Positions 23,180 to 34,700 of a stretch of 64,000 nt of DNA are shown here, piece after piece. The notes under the pieces were generated by a model, which was given only the letters and a program-made list of their open reading frames with translations, ran no database searches and was not told where the DNA came from. Numbering within the stretch: position 1 is the first letter of the stretch; every line of letters starts with the position of its first letter. This DNA comes from Candidatus Obscuribacteraceae bacterium (lineage in GTDB: Bacteria > Cyanobacteriota > Vampirovibrionia > Obscuribacterales > Obscuribacteraceae). The stretch lies in assembly GCA_044229845.1 (NCBI GenBank), contig JBGASG010000008.1, positions 139,899-203,898 of the forward strand. The letters run 5' to 3'. Both the position numbers and the translations under genes were made by a program.

Positions 23180-25618
23180 TCAACTCTCAATAATCACTTT
23201 GAGTTTGCCGCTCTTATGAAGCACCTTGCAGGCGGTGAATCCGTCTTGAGCGGTAAACAAAAGATCAACGACCGCAGACCCCACCCGCAGCCCGGTCAAC
23301 GTAACTCTATTGAGCCAGGGCGGCAGGCTGGGTTCGACGATGCGCAGGGTCTGGCGCAGTGCATCAGGTTGCATGTTGAGGCAGACCTTCAGCATCTGGA
23401 ACATAGATCCGGCTGCCCATGCTTGCGGCGAGCACGACACCGGATAATCAATCGGCTTGAACGAGTTGTTACGATCGAATCCGCAGAACAATTCAGGCAA
23501 TCGGAAATCGGGTTCGAACTGTGCCGCCTCCAGCATGCCGCGCAACACATCGTGCGCGTCCTGAGTTCTGCCGATTCGACGCAATCCTTCGACGATGATG
23601 GCGTTGTCGTGCGGCCATATAGAGCCGTTGTGATAACTCATCGGGTTGTATTTTGGCACCGCCCGCGATAGCGTGCGGATGCCCCAACCGGAATGCATGT
23701 CCGTATCCACCAGGCGATCTGCTACCAGATGCGCCCGGTCATCATCGAGAATGCCGCTGAACAGGCAGTGCCCAGGGTTGCTGCTCACCACCTGGCATTG
23801 CTCGCCATGACCATCGAGCGCCAGCGCGACAAACTTTTCCGACTCCATCCAGAAGTCTCGATTAAATCGTTCCTTCAATTTGCGAGCGTCGCCGCGCAGT
23901 TTGTTGGCGAGCGGATCATATCCAAGCGTCTGAGCGATGCGCGCCACCTCCACCCAGGCGGCATAAAGATATGCCTGCGGCTCGCAGAGCGCAATCGGCT
24001 GGTCCGCCAGACGCCCGTCGGCGTGCATAGTGGAGTCGCCGGAGTCTTTCCATCCCTGGTTGATCAAACCATCGGGGCATTCAGTGCGATAGGTCAAATA
24101 TCCGCGCTCGTCGAGAGAATTCGACAGCCAGTCGAGAGCCATACGCACAGCCGGCCAGAGACGACGAATCATCTCCATGTCGCCCGACCAGTCGAAATAC
24201 TGGCACAGCACATAGAGCCAGAGCTGCGTCGCATCGATCGTCCCATAGTAAGGAACGTGCGGAATTGCTTTGCGCCGTGCCAGTTCGCCGACGCGCAACT
24301 CGTGCAGAATGCGCCCCGGTTCTTCCTGCGTGGTGGGATCAAATTTCATGCCCTGATACGCTGCCAGCACGTCTATCGATTCTCGCGCCATGTCTGGAAG
24401 AAACGGCAGTATCTGCCAGGCAGTAATGGCACTGTCTCGCCCGAAGAGAGCGCAATACCAGGGGACACCCGCCGAAATCCCGTAGCCTTTGGGGGTCGGC
24501 TGTCGCAGAATAAAGAGGTCGCGATAAGACCGTTCCAGCGTCAGGTCGAATAGTCGGTGACTGGTATCAAATCGGCTACCGCGGTTGCACCAATCGCGGT
24601 ATCGCGTTTCGGCGCTCTTGCGAGCTTCAGCAAAACCGGTGCGCCTGGAGTCCGGAGCCGACACCTGTCCGTCCCAGCGGGTCGTGAAGCAAATCTGAAA
24701 TTCACGCGTCTGGCGCGGCGGCACCACTAATTTTATGATCACCTGTCCGTCGGTCACCGAATCTGGCTGTATGCCAAAAAACTCAACCACCGTTTCGACC
24801 AGGCAATCATCAAGCCCGCGATAAGCAAGGTAGATGCTGCGACCGTTTCTTCCCGCAACAGGCAGCATGCGGCGGCCGCGCTCCTGAATATTGAAACCGC
24901 GCACTTCGAAAATGTCGGCGAAGTCAGATTGGAAATTGAAGGTCAGCTCGATCTCCAGAGTTTCAGTATGGAAATTTGTGAGGACGAAGCGCTCCCACAG
25001 CAAGTCGGATAGCACCACTTCGCGCAGCACCGTCAGAACCTGCTGCGGCACGGTGTTGATTTGAGGGTTGGTGTATAAGAAGGTCCCCGTATAACCCTCT
25101 TGAACAGCCTTCGAAAGCAGCGAGAGCGGAGCCCCATTTAATAAAAGCTCGTACTGGCTCAGGTGCCGCGTATCGTAGCGATAGTATCCGTAGCCCAGCG
25201 TGTTGCAAGCAGGAATCAAAGCCTCCTGGTCCATCACCAGAAAGTGACTGCCGCTCTTCAACACGAGCCGCGGGTGTGCCGCATCGGTAAGAACGAACGG
25301 CATGCCCTGGCACAGCGGTCGCGTGTCCGGTGTGTAGTCACAGGACCCATCTATAGATTCGTCTTCGGCAGCTGGCGGAGTTACAGGCGCCTGCGCATGA
25401 GCTGTTGCGGCTCCCTGAATGGCGCCCGCCGGTTGGTCCGGCGGCTGCACCGTCTGGTCGATGGGCTCGCCTTTGGCTTCCGGCGGCTTCTCCTGGGCAC
25501 GCTTAGACTTGCCCTTGCCGGCAACTACATGGGGTACATTCATCTCGCCCATGTCCGTATTTCCTTGCTGTGGCTTAGAAGGTGATGGCTGCGAGGGCTG
25601 CAGAGGGTTCGCACTCAT
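23180..25618 (-). CDS. Amylo-alpha-1,6-glucosidase / glycogen-debranching-like glycoside hydrolase
   Basis: DTRHLS, DFADIFEVRG, AGVPWYCALFGRDS, EEPGRILHE, NQGWKDS, SYHNGSIWPHDN, RLPELFCG, CSPQAWAAG. Confidence 0.9.
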   Translation of the reverse strand: MSANPLQPSQPSPSKPQQGNTDMGEMNVPHVVAGKGKSKRAQEKPPEAKGEPIDQTVQPPDQPAGAIQGAATAHAQAPVTPPAAEDESIDGSCDYTPDTRPLCQGMPFVLTDAAHPRLVLKSGSHFLVMDQEALIPACNTLGYGYYRYDTRHLSQYELLLNGAPLSLLSKAVQEGYTGTFLYTNPQINTVPQQVLTVLREVVLSDLLWERFVLTNFHTETLEIELTFNFQSDFADIFEVRGFNIQERGRRMLPVAGRNGRSIYLAYRGLDDCLVETVVEFFGIQPDSVTDGQVIIKLVVPPRQTREFQICFTTRWDGQVSAPDSRRTGFAEARKSAETRYRDWCNRGSRFDTSHRLFDLTLERSYRDLFILRQPTPKGYGISAGVPWYCALFGRDSAITAWQILPFLPDMARESIDVLAAYQGMKFDPTTQEEPGRILHELRVGELARRKAIPHVPYYGTIDATQLWLYVLCQYFDWSGDMEMIRRLWPAVRMALDWLSNSLDERGYLTYRTECPDGLINQGWKDSGDSTMHADGRLADQPIALCEPQAYLYAAWVEVARIAQTLGYDPLANKLRGDARKLKERFNRDFWMESEKFVALALDGHGEQCQVVSSNPGHCLFSGILDDDRAHLVADRLVDTDMHSGWGIRTLSRAVPKYNPMSYHNGSIWPHDNAIIVEGLRRIGRTQDAHDVLRGMLEAAQFEPDFRLPELFCGFDRNNSFKPIDYPVSCSPQAWAAGSMFQMLKVCLNMQPDALRQTLRIVEPSLPPWLNRVTLTGLRVGSAVVDLLFTAQDGFTACKVLHKSGKLKVIIES

Positions 25619-25864
25619 TAATTGTACTTCGCGGATTGACTGGGTGGACGCCTACGTATGGATGAACTCAGCCGCTGGTTAGTTCCGGCTAAATCACATG
25701 CCTCGTTACGAGGAAAACGAGAAAAGCCGCTTGCTCAACCATACCTGGCTCTCTTAGGAATCGATCAAATTTACGAAATCGGGGAACCATCCCTCCTGGC
25801 AGGCGTCGACCAACAGAACCGATAGACTTTGCGCATCTGCGCATGGACTCAGGTGGAGGGAGAC

Positions 25865-26383
25865 ATGCAAACAAGAGACGAACTGCTTCGATTTTTGACC
25901 GAAACAGAGATATTCGCGCCTGGTATGTTGCCAGGACAAGCTCACCATATGATCAGGTCGGTGGCGAGCAACCCGGAGACCCCCTGCCACATCTTGCAAA
26001 GGCTGGCGGACATGACCGGACAATGTGACCTGCTAGAAAGAGTTGCTGAAAATCCTAGTACACCAATAGAAGTCCTCGAGTGCCTCGCTCATAACAGCGA
26101 CCCGGCTGTGCGTGCTGCTGTAGCCGACAACGGCAATGTCCGCGTACAGACCCTGTGGGAGCTGGCTCATGACGAGAATCCGCAGGTACGATACGAAATG
26201 GCCGAAAACCCGCGCGTCCCTAACGAAATTTTGGAGTTGCTGTCAGAGGACGACAATCCTTATGTATATACGCGCGCCAGAGAGACGTTGCATCGAATCT
26301 ACGACGAGCAGCGCAGCCCGAATGTCTTTGAAAGAGTCATAGATTGGGTGCGCGGCGGGCGCAAAATCCGCCGCACCAGTTGA
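25865..26383 (+). CDS. Leucine-rich-repeat-variant (LRV/HEAT-like) protein, paralog 1
   Basis: Repeats VAENPSTP, VRAAVADN, VRYEMAENP, DDNPYVYTRA; GGAGG RBS before ATG 25865. Confidence 0.8.
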   Translation: MQTRDELLRFLTETEIFAPGMLPGQAHHMIRSVASNPETPCHILQRLADMTGQCDLLERVAENPSTPIEVLECLAHNSDPAVRAAVADNGNVRVQTLWELAHDENPQVRYEMAENPRVPNEILELLSEDDNPYVYTRARETLHRIYDEQRSPNVFERVIDWVRGGRKIRRTS

Positions 26384-26456
26384 GCTCATATGCGGAGAAA
26401 CCTTGTTGAAGCACGACCGTCTTCGGGACTGTGGAGCTGACAAAGGGAACTACGAA

Positions 26457-26633
26457 ATGAGCACTAAGGACCTTGGCGGAAATGATCGCGTAATCGACAT
26501 CACGGCAAGACTCGCTGAGAAAGCCGGGAAAGTCGTGGCTCTGGCAGAAGCTCGGGACGCAAAAGAACAGGAAGTTACTTGTGAAGGTGGTGTGTGCCAA
26601 CTCACCGCCTGGAAACCACGGAAGTCCGCGTAG
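26457..26633 (+). CDS. Small 58-aa protein with CEGGVC motif
   Basis: ORF MSTKDLGGNDRVIDITARLAEKAGKVVALAEARDAKEQEVTCEGGVCQLTAWKPRKSA with AGGGA RBS-like sequence upstream. Confidence 0.55.
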   Translation: MSTKDLGGNDRVIDITARLAEKAGKVVALAEARDAKEQEVTCEGGVCQLTAWKPRKSA

Positions 26634-26685
26634 TTCTGTAGGTTGCATGCGAACCCCGCATAGACGAGAAAGACGAAGGGAAAAA

Positions 26686-28006
26686 GGATCTGTCAGTCGA
26701 TTTGTGTCAAAGGTTGAGTCACGGCGCGATCCTTCCTGCGAACTCTATTGAAAATTGATTCATTGCTGCGCCCCAGTCCCGCAGCGGCATGGTCCATTTC
26801 TTCGCGATGTTCTGTGCGGCCAGGTACATGACTTTGAACACGGCTTCGTCCGTCGGGAAAATTCGGTGGTTGCGGCTCGCCTTGCGTAGCGTCATGTTCA
26901 CTGACTCTACGGCGTTGGTAGTGTAGATGACCTTGCGGATGTCGTGCGGAAAAGCAAACATCGGAATTATCTTTGCCCAGTGTTCGCGCCAGGACTTGCT
27001 GACGGTCGGATACTTGTGGTCCCATTTTGCCGCGACTGCATCGAGGTTCGTGGCAGCCTCCGTTTCCGTGGCTGCGCGGTAGATCGATTTGAGGTCTGCA
27101 GCCATTGCCTTGCGATCCTTCCAAGACACGTACTTCAGCGAATTGCGCACCATGTGGACGATGCACAACTGCACCCAGGTTTTCGGGAACGCCGTTTGAA
27201 TTGCGTCATCCAAGCCGGTGAGCCCGTCTACGCAGGCGATTAGGATGTCTTGGACGCCGCGGTTCTTCAGTTCCGTCAGAATGCCGAGCCAGAACTTGGC
27301 TCCCTCATTCTGCGAGATCCAGATCCCGAGTAGCTCTTTCTGTCCGTTGGTGTCCACAGCTAGTGCCAGATAAACGGCCTTATTGATCACACGCTGGTTC
27401 TCGCGAACCTTGACCACGAGCGCGTCGAAAAACACGATCGGGTAGAGATTATCCAGAGGACGGCTTTGCCATGCTCTCACCTCTTCGAGAACGCCGTCGG
27501 TGACGTTCGAAATGAGGGTCGGCGAAACATCGGCGCCGTATATTTCCTTGAGTTGCGCCTGAATATCTCGGACTGTCATTCCGCGTGCATACATCGCTAG
27601 GATCTTGTCGTCGAATCCCTCCAGCCGTGTCTGCCGCTTTGACACCACCTGCGGTTCGAAGTCGGCATTACGATCGCGCGGAACACCAAGAGTAATGTCG
27701 CCCTGCTCGGTGGTCAGCGTCTTCTTGCTGTACCCGTTGCGGCGATTCTCGCCGCCTTTGCCGGCGCGCTCGCCTTTCTCGTAGCCGAGGTGATCCTCCA
27801 TCTCACCTTCCAGGCACCGTTCAACGATAGCCTTGGTGAGTTGTTTGAGAAGACCGCCCTCCGCTAGCAGCTCCTTTGGATGCTTGCCCTGTGCCAGATG
27901 CTCCTTAATGAGTTCGTCCAGCATGTCGGTACTTTTAGTCATGGTCAGGCTCCTTTCTAGTGAGCGCCTGGGCTCTGACCTTTGACACAGATTATTTTAC
28001 AGTCTC
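26686..28006 (-). mobile_element. IS256-family insertion sequence (1321 bp)
   Basis: Imperfect terminal IRs GGATCTGTCAGTCGATTTGTGTCAAAGGT versus rc GAGACTGTAAAATAATCTGTGTCAAAGGT; 8-bp TSD GGGAAAAA at 26678-26685 and 28007-28014. Confidence 0.93.
26719..27942 (-). CDS. IS256 family DDE transposase
   Basis: RRNGY, VPRDR, MYARGMTVRDI, FFDAL, CVDGLTG, QLCIVH, IYTTNAVES. Confidence 0.97.
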   Translation of the reverse strand: MTKSTDMLDELIKEHLAQGKHPKELLAEGGLLKQLTKAIVERCLEGEMEDHLGYEKGERAGKGGENRRNGYSKKTLTTEQGDITLGVPRDRNADFEPQVVSKRQTRLEGFDDKILAMYARGMTVRDIQAQLKEIYGADVSPTLISNVTDGVLEEVRAWQSRPLDNLYPIVFFDALVVKVRENQRVINKAVYLALAVDTNGQKELLGIWISQNEGAKFWLGILTELKNRGVQDILIACVDGLTGLDDAIQTAFPKTWVQLCIVHMVRNSLKYVSWKDRKAMAADLKSIYRAATETEAATNLDAVAAKWDHKYPTVSKSWREHWAKIIPMFAFPHDIRKVIYTTNAVESVNMTLRKASRNHRIFPTDEAVFKVMYLAAQNIAKKWTMPLRDWGAAMNQFSIEFAGRIAP

Positions 28007-28013
28007 GGGAAAA

Positions 28014-28043
28014 ACAAAGGGCGGTGTCAGCACCGCCCTTTGT
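28014..28043. terminator. Bidirectional terminator-like hairpin
   Basis: ACAAAGGGCGGTG-TCAG-CACCGCCCTTTGT, perfect 13-bp stem between convergent genes. Confidence 0.75.
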
Positions 28044-28082
28044 CATTACTACTTTCACCCTCAAGACGCATCCACGACAGAT

Positions 28083-28553
28083 CTACTTGCGTTGATCGCG
28101 CGTGTCCTTTTTAGAGGCGCGTTTTTTCGCTGCGTCCTCCGCTTTCTTCTGCCCTTCTTCCTTAAGAGTCTGAATCGATTCACGCAGACTCTGAAAGTTT
28201 TCCTTGTGAGTCGTCATGTCTTCCAGCGCCGCCTGGAATTCATCCGGCTTGGCGATAGAGCCAGAGCGAGCCGTTTTCGCAAAGCCGCGCTCGTCGCCGA
28301 TCTGGTGTTGTAATTCGCCAATTCGGTCTTGCAGCTTCTCCACTTCGCGCTGCAGCGTTTCCAGTTCGTCTGCAACAGTAGCGCTGTAGATTAGTTCGGC
28401 CAGCTCATCTCGTCGTTTTTCGATGGCTTCGCGTCTGGACTGGATATCGAGACGTTCTTGCCCCAGGTCAGTGCGCTTGGATTGGATATTCCGGCGGTCG
28501 CCCTGACCGGAGCCGTTGTTTTGTTGGTTTTGTTTCTTCTTGTGTCCTGTCAT
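28083..28553 (-). CDS. Coiled-coil hypothetical protein
   Basis: Heptad-rich charged ORF (LETLQREVEKLQDRIGELQHQI); likely start ATG 28553. Confidence 0.65.
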   Translation of the reverse strand: MTGHKKKQNQQNNGSGQGDRRNIQSKRTDLGQERLDIQSRREAIEKRRDELAELIYSATVADELETLQREVEKLQDRIGELQHQIGDERGFAKTARSGSIAKPDEFQAALEDMTTHKENFQSLRESIQTLKEEGQKKAEDAAKKRASKKDTRDQRK

Positions 28554-28731
28554 AGCAAAAGGTCTCGCAAATCCAAAATGCAATACAGCGTGATCGGAGT
28601 TCACATGCAGCCAGTGGCTGTATTTTAAATAAGGCAGGTGCGTGAATTACATTTACCAAGTCTGAATGTCTCAAAACTTTCATAGCTGGTGTGTTAAGTC
28701 GACATTTTCAATTCCAAGTTCCTGGACAAGA

Positions 28732-28757
28732 AACGACTACCCATGCGGGTAGTCGTT
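28732..28757 (-). terminator. Rho-independent terminator of the poly-HAMP kinase gene
   Basis: AACGACTACCC-ATGC-GGGTAGTCGTT hairpin about 27 nt after the stop, T-rich tail on the minus strand. Confidence 0.65.
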
Positions 28758-28783
28758 CCTGATTTCAGTGACTGTGTGACTGT

Positions 28784-31700
28784 TTACGGGCTCGCGTGCT
28801 GCCCCCCGATCAGGTAGTCTTTGACCCGTTCGGCGATGCCGTTGACTTCATCCGAGATGTCGTCAACAGCTACTTCGACCGAAGGCCAGTCCTCCCGCTC
28901 GGCAGCATTGCGGCAATCTATAGACGCCCGATGCAACTGCCTCGCCGACATGAGGGCCGCCAGTCCGCGCATTTCATGCGCCGCCTGTGTCACCCAGTCT
29001 TTGTTTTGTTGCTCGGCTTCGCGCCTGATTTTGCTCAGCAAGTTATTGGCTTCATGCATGAACAGCTCCAATATCTGGTTGGTGTCCGTTCCGTGAATGT
29101 CGCTCAGTTTGGTGAGTTCGATGTCGCCGTCTTCAGGCGACGCCGAGATGACCGCACCTTTGCGCTTGTCGCGCAGCCAGACGCGGAACAGCGAGAGCAA
29201 TTGCTCCTGATCCACAGGCTTAGCGATGTAGTCGGAAGCTCCCGCCTCAAGGCACTTCTCACGGTCGCCTTGCATGGCTTTTGCTGTCAGCGCGATGATC
29301 GGCAATGTGCGGAACTCATCGATCTGGCGAATCGCCCGGGTCGTTTCGTAGCCGTCCATTTCCGGCATCATAACGTCCATCAAAACCAGGTCGACATCGG
29401 GACTCTGAACCAGTACCTCGATACCCTTGCGACCGTTTTCAGCCGAGAGCACCTCCATCTGGAAGCGTTCCAACAGGCTCTTGAGCGCCATGATGTTTCT
29501 GGCATCATCATCGATGATCAGTACGCGACGTCCGCCCAAGAGCGGGTCGTGTTGCCGGAAGTGCTCCAGCACCTTGCGCCGTCCATCGGAGAGCTTGTGA
29601 TCTTCGCGGTGCAAGAGGAACGCTGTTTCTGCCAGCAGTTGTTCTGAAGTGGTGGCATCCTTGAGCACAACTGATTGCACCATCTTCTTCAGAACTTGCT
29701 GCTCGTCGGCAGCCAGGTCCTTGGCTGTGTAGGCTATTACCGGAACATCGGTCTTGTCCAGTTCTTGCCTGATTTTGCGAATCAGATCGACACCGCTGAT
29801 TTCCGGCAAGACAAGGTCGACGATGATCAGGTCGTAGTCGTTTTTCTGTGCCAGTTGCAGCGCTTCTTCAGCGGTGCGTGCACCCGTCACCTTCACCTCA
29901 TCATCGCTGAGAATGGTGGAGATGCTGCGCTGCTGCACATCGTTGTCTTCAACAACCAGCACGTTGCGGACGCTGCGGTCGATGAAGTTGCGCAGACGGT
30001 TGAGTCCACGCGCGATGCCGCTCTCACCAACGCTGGGATCGATGACCCCATATGCACCGAGGGTCAGCGCCAGGTTGCTGTCGCCTGCATCAGCCACCAT
30101 GATGGTTGGCACGCTTTCCAGGGCCCGATCATGTTTGAAGCGATCGAGCAATGTCCAGCCGTTGACCCCGACGATGCGGGCGTCGAGCACGATGGCCGCA
30201 GGTTGATACTTGCGTGTCATGGCTACGCCGACGTCGCCGCGCAGTGCGACCAATCCCTTGAAGCCGTGCGCTCTCACCGCCTTAAGCAACGTATGGGCAT
30301 ATTTCTCATCGTTCTCGATGATAATCGCCACCTTGTCGCTCTTCTCGATGCGATCGCGATCGTCTTCGACGGTAGGATGAGCGAGCGCTTGCTCGACGGC
30401 CGCGGCTTGCTGTTGGCTGGTGCCACTTGTGCCGCCGGCTTCGGCAACCACAGCGGATGCCACGTCGAACTCGCGTCCGGCGCGCTGGTGCTGCTGCTGC
30501 TTGAAGAGCGGGGCGGCGTTGACCGGCAAGTACAGGGTGAACACGCTGCCGACGTTAGGTGTCGACTCAACTGAAATCTCACCACCTAATAGGTTGGAAA
30601 TTTCCCGGCTGATCGACAGCCCCAGACCTGTACCGCCGTATTTACGGCTGGTGGTACCGTCTGCCTGCTGGAACGCTTCGAAGATGATGCGCTGCTTCTC
30701 TGGAGGTACACCGATACCGGTGTCGACCACCGAGAACGCCACCACTCGGTCGGCTTTGTTCAACGCGATGTTTTCCTGACTCCAACCGCTTGCCGCAGCG
30801 TCGATGCGCAACGTCACGCTGCCTTCGTGTGTGAACTTGAAGGCGTTGGAGAGGAGGTTCTTCAAGATCTGCTGCAGACGTTTGGAGTCTGTACGTATCT
30901 TGTCGGGCAGGCTGGGATCCAGAACAATATTGAAGTCCAGATCCTTGTCGTTGGCCACCTGACGGAAGCCGCGTTCGATGCTGGTCGACAGATCCTGCAA
31001 CTGGCACTCGTCGAAGTCGATTGCCATGGTTCCGGATTCGATCTTGGACAGGTCGAGAATGTCGCTGATCAAAGCCAGCAGGTCGGTTCCTGCTGAGTGA
31101 ATCGTGTTGGCGAATTCGACTTGTTGCCCAGACAGATTCCCTTCCGGGTTCTCAGACAGGAGTTGCGAAAGAATGAGCAGGGAGTTGAGCGGTGTGCGCA
31201 ACTCGTGCGACATGTTGGCGAGAAACTCGCTCTTGTACTTGGACGTGAGAGCCAGCTGGTTTGCCTTTTCTTCCAGCGCTTGTTTTGCCAGTTCGACCTC
31301 GTGGTTTTTGAGTTCGACCTCGCTCTTTTGCTGCGCCAAAAGTTTTGCTTTCTCTTCCAGCTCTTCGTTGGTATGCCGCAGAGCATCCTGCTGTTCTTTG
31401 AGCAAGTCTTCCGACATCTTGAGAGATGCGGCTTGATCTTTGAGGCGCAGGTTGGTTTCTTTCAGTTCATCCTGTTGTCTTTGCAGTTCTTCCGCCAGTG
31501 ATTGCGATTGCGCAAGCAGCGCTTCCGTTCTCATTGTGGCAGCAATTGTGTTGAGCACGATACCGATGGTTTCGGTCAACTGATCGAGGAACTGAATATG
31601 AATGTCGTTGAACTGGTTGAATGAAGCGAGCTCGATGACTGCCTTCACCTGACCTTCGAATACGACCGGCAGGACGATGATGTTGAGCGGTGGTGCCTCA

Positions 31701-34700
31701 CCGAGCCCGCTGCTCACCTTGATATAGTCGCCCGGCACGTTGTTGAGGAAGATGCGTTCTTTTTCAAGGGCGCACTCGCCAACGATGCCTTCGCCCAGTC
31801 TGAATGTATTGCCGAGATTCTTGCGCTCACGATAAGCGTAGCTTCCCAGCAATCTCAGCACCGTGTCGCCCTCTTCGTTGAGATCGGCGATGTAGAACAC
31901 GCCGTGCTGCGCATCGACTAGTGGTGCCAGTTCCGACAGGATCAGTTTAGCGACTGTGAGTAAGTCTCTGTGACCTTGCAACATGGCTGTGAATTTGGCA
32001 ATGTTGGTCTTCAGCCAGTCTTGCTCGGTGTTCTTCTGAGTGGTCTCTTTGAGGTTGCGGATCATCTCGTTGATGTTGTCTTTGAGAATCGCAACTTCGC
32101 CTTGCGCTTGCACCGTAATCGACCGGGTCAGGTCGCCCTGTGTCACGGCTGTTGCCACGTCTGCAATCGCGCGTACTTGTGTCGTCAGATTGGCTGCCAG
32201 CTGGTTGACGTTTTCCGTCAGGTCTTTCCATGTGCCTGTGGCACCGGGGACCTTCGCCTGACCGCCCAGTTTTCCTTCCACACCTACCTCACGGGCAACT
32301 GACGTTACCTGCTCGGCAAATATGTCCAGCGTATCGATCATCGAGTTGATCGTGTCTGCCAGTTCGGCGATTTCGCCTTTGGCTTCAACTGTCAGTTTCC
32401 TCTTCAGATCGCCGTTCGCTACTGAAGTGACGACTCGGGAGATAGAACGCACTTGTGACGTCAGGTTGTTGGCCATAACGTTGACGTTGTCCGTCAGGTC
32501 CTTCCAGACACCGCCGACGCCCTTCACGTCCGCCTGTCCGCCCAGTCTGCCTTCCGTACCTACTTCGCGTGCAACCCGTGTCACTTCCGATGCGAACGAT
32601 GACAGCTGGTCCACCATTGTATTGATTGTGTTTTTCAGCTCGGAGATTTCGCCCCGCACATCGACAGTGATCTTCTTAGATAGGTCGCCTCGGGCTACGG
32701 CTGTCGTCACTTCCGCGATGTTGCGGACTTGTGCTGTTAAGTTGGATGCCATCTGGTTGACTGATTCGGTCAAGTCTTTCCACGTACCGGCTACACCGCG
32801 TACGTCCGCCTGACCGCCCAGTTTTCCTTCGGTTCCGACTTCTCTGGCGACCCGTGTCACTTCTGATGCGAACGATGACAGCTGGTCCACCATTGAGTTG
32901 ATTGTGTTTTTCAGCTCTAAGATTTCGCCGCGTACGTCGACTGTGATCTTCTTAGACAGGTCGCCCTTCGCAACTGCGGTCGTCACTTCCGCGATGTTAC
33001 GCACTTGAGATGTGAGGTTGGACGCCATCTGGTTGACTGAATCCGTCAGGTCTTTCCATGTGCCCGACACACCGCGGACATCCGCCTGACCGCCGAGCTT
33101 CCCTTCGGTACCTACTTCACGAGCAACCCGGGTGACTTCAGATGCGAATGATCTGAGTTGGTCCACCATTGTGTTGATTGTGTTTTTCAGCTCCAGAATT
33201 TCGCCTTTGACGTCGACCACGATCTTCTTGGAGAGATCCCCGTTTGCCACCGCAGTCGTTACTTCCGCGATGTTACGCACTTGCGATGTGAGGTTGGACG
33301 CCATGACGTTCACGGAGTCTGTCAGGTCTTTCCAGGTGCCGGAGACACCGCGAACATCCGCTTGTCCGCCTAGCTTCCCTTCCGTTCCTACTTCACGAGC
33401 AACCCGGGTGACTTCAGATGCGAATGATCTGAGCTGGTCCACCATTGTATTGATCGTATTTTTCAGTTCGAGAATTTCGCCTTTGACGTCGACAACGATC
33501 TTCTTAGATAGGTCGCCGTTCGCCACCGCGGTTGTTACTTCCGCGATGTTACGCACCTGGGCTGTCAGGTTGGACGCCATGAAGTTCACGGAGTCTGTCA
33601 GATCTTTCCAGGCGCCGGTCACACCGCGGACATCCGCTTGACCGCCGAGTTTTCCTTCCGTACCTACTTCACGTGCAACCCGGGTGACTTCAGATGCGAA
33701 CGATCTGAGTTGGTCCACCATGGTGTTGATTGTGTTTTTCAGTTCGAGAATTTCGCCTTTGACGTCGACAACGATCTTTTTAGAGAGATCCCCGTTTGCC
33801 ACCGCGGTTGTAACTTCCGCGATGTTACGCACTTGGGACGTCAGGTTGGATGCCATCTGGTTGACTGAGTCCGTCAGATCTTTCCAGACACCGGCGACGC
33901 CCTTCACGTCTGCCTGACCGCCGAGTTTTCCTTCGGTTCCGACTTCTCTGGCGACCCGTGTCACTTCCGATGCGAACGAACCGAGCTGGTCCACCATCGT
34001 ATTGATTGTGTTCTTCAGTTCGAGAATCTCGCCCTTCACATCGACCGTGATTTTCTTAGATAGGTCGCCGTTTGCCACCGCGGTTGTAACTTCCGCGATG
34101 TTACGCACCTGGGATGTGAGGTTCGACGCCATAACGTTGACGGAGTCTGTGAGGTCTTTCCACACACCGCCGACGCCCTTCACGTCTGCCTGACCGCCGA
34201 GTTTTCCTTCGGTACCTACTTCTCTGGCGACCCGAGTCACTTCCGATGCGAACGATGACAACTGGTCCACCATCGTGTTGATGGTTTTCTTGAGCTCAAG
34301 AATTTCGCCTTTAACGTCAACGGTGATCTTCTTGGACAGATCACCGTTAGCAACTGCGGTCGTCACTTCAGCGATGTTACGCACTTGAGCGGTAAGGTTG
34401 GAAGCCATCAGGTTGACGTTGTCGGTCAAGCCCTTCCAGGCGCCGGTGACGCCCTGCACTTCCGCTTGTCCGCCGAGCTTTCCTTCGGTTCCGACCTCGC
34501 GGGCGACACGTGTCACTTCAGCCGCGAACGAACCGAGCTGGTCGACCATCGTGTTGATTGTTTTCTTCAGTTCGAGAATTTCGCCTTTGACGTCGACGGT
34601 GATCTTCTTCGACAGATCGCCTTTTGCCACCGCGGTCGTCACTTCGGCGATGTTTCTTACTTGAGCCGTCAGGTTAGATGCCATCAGGTTGACGTTGTCT

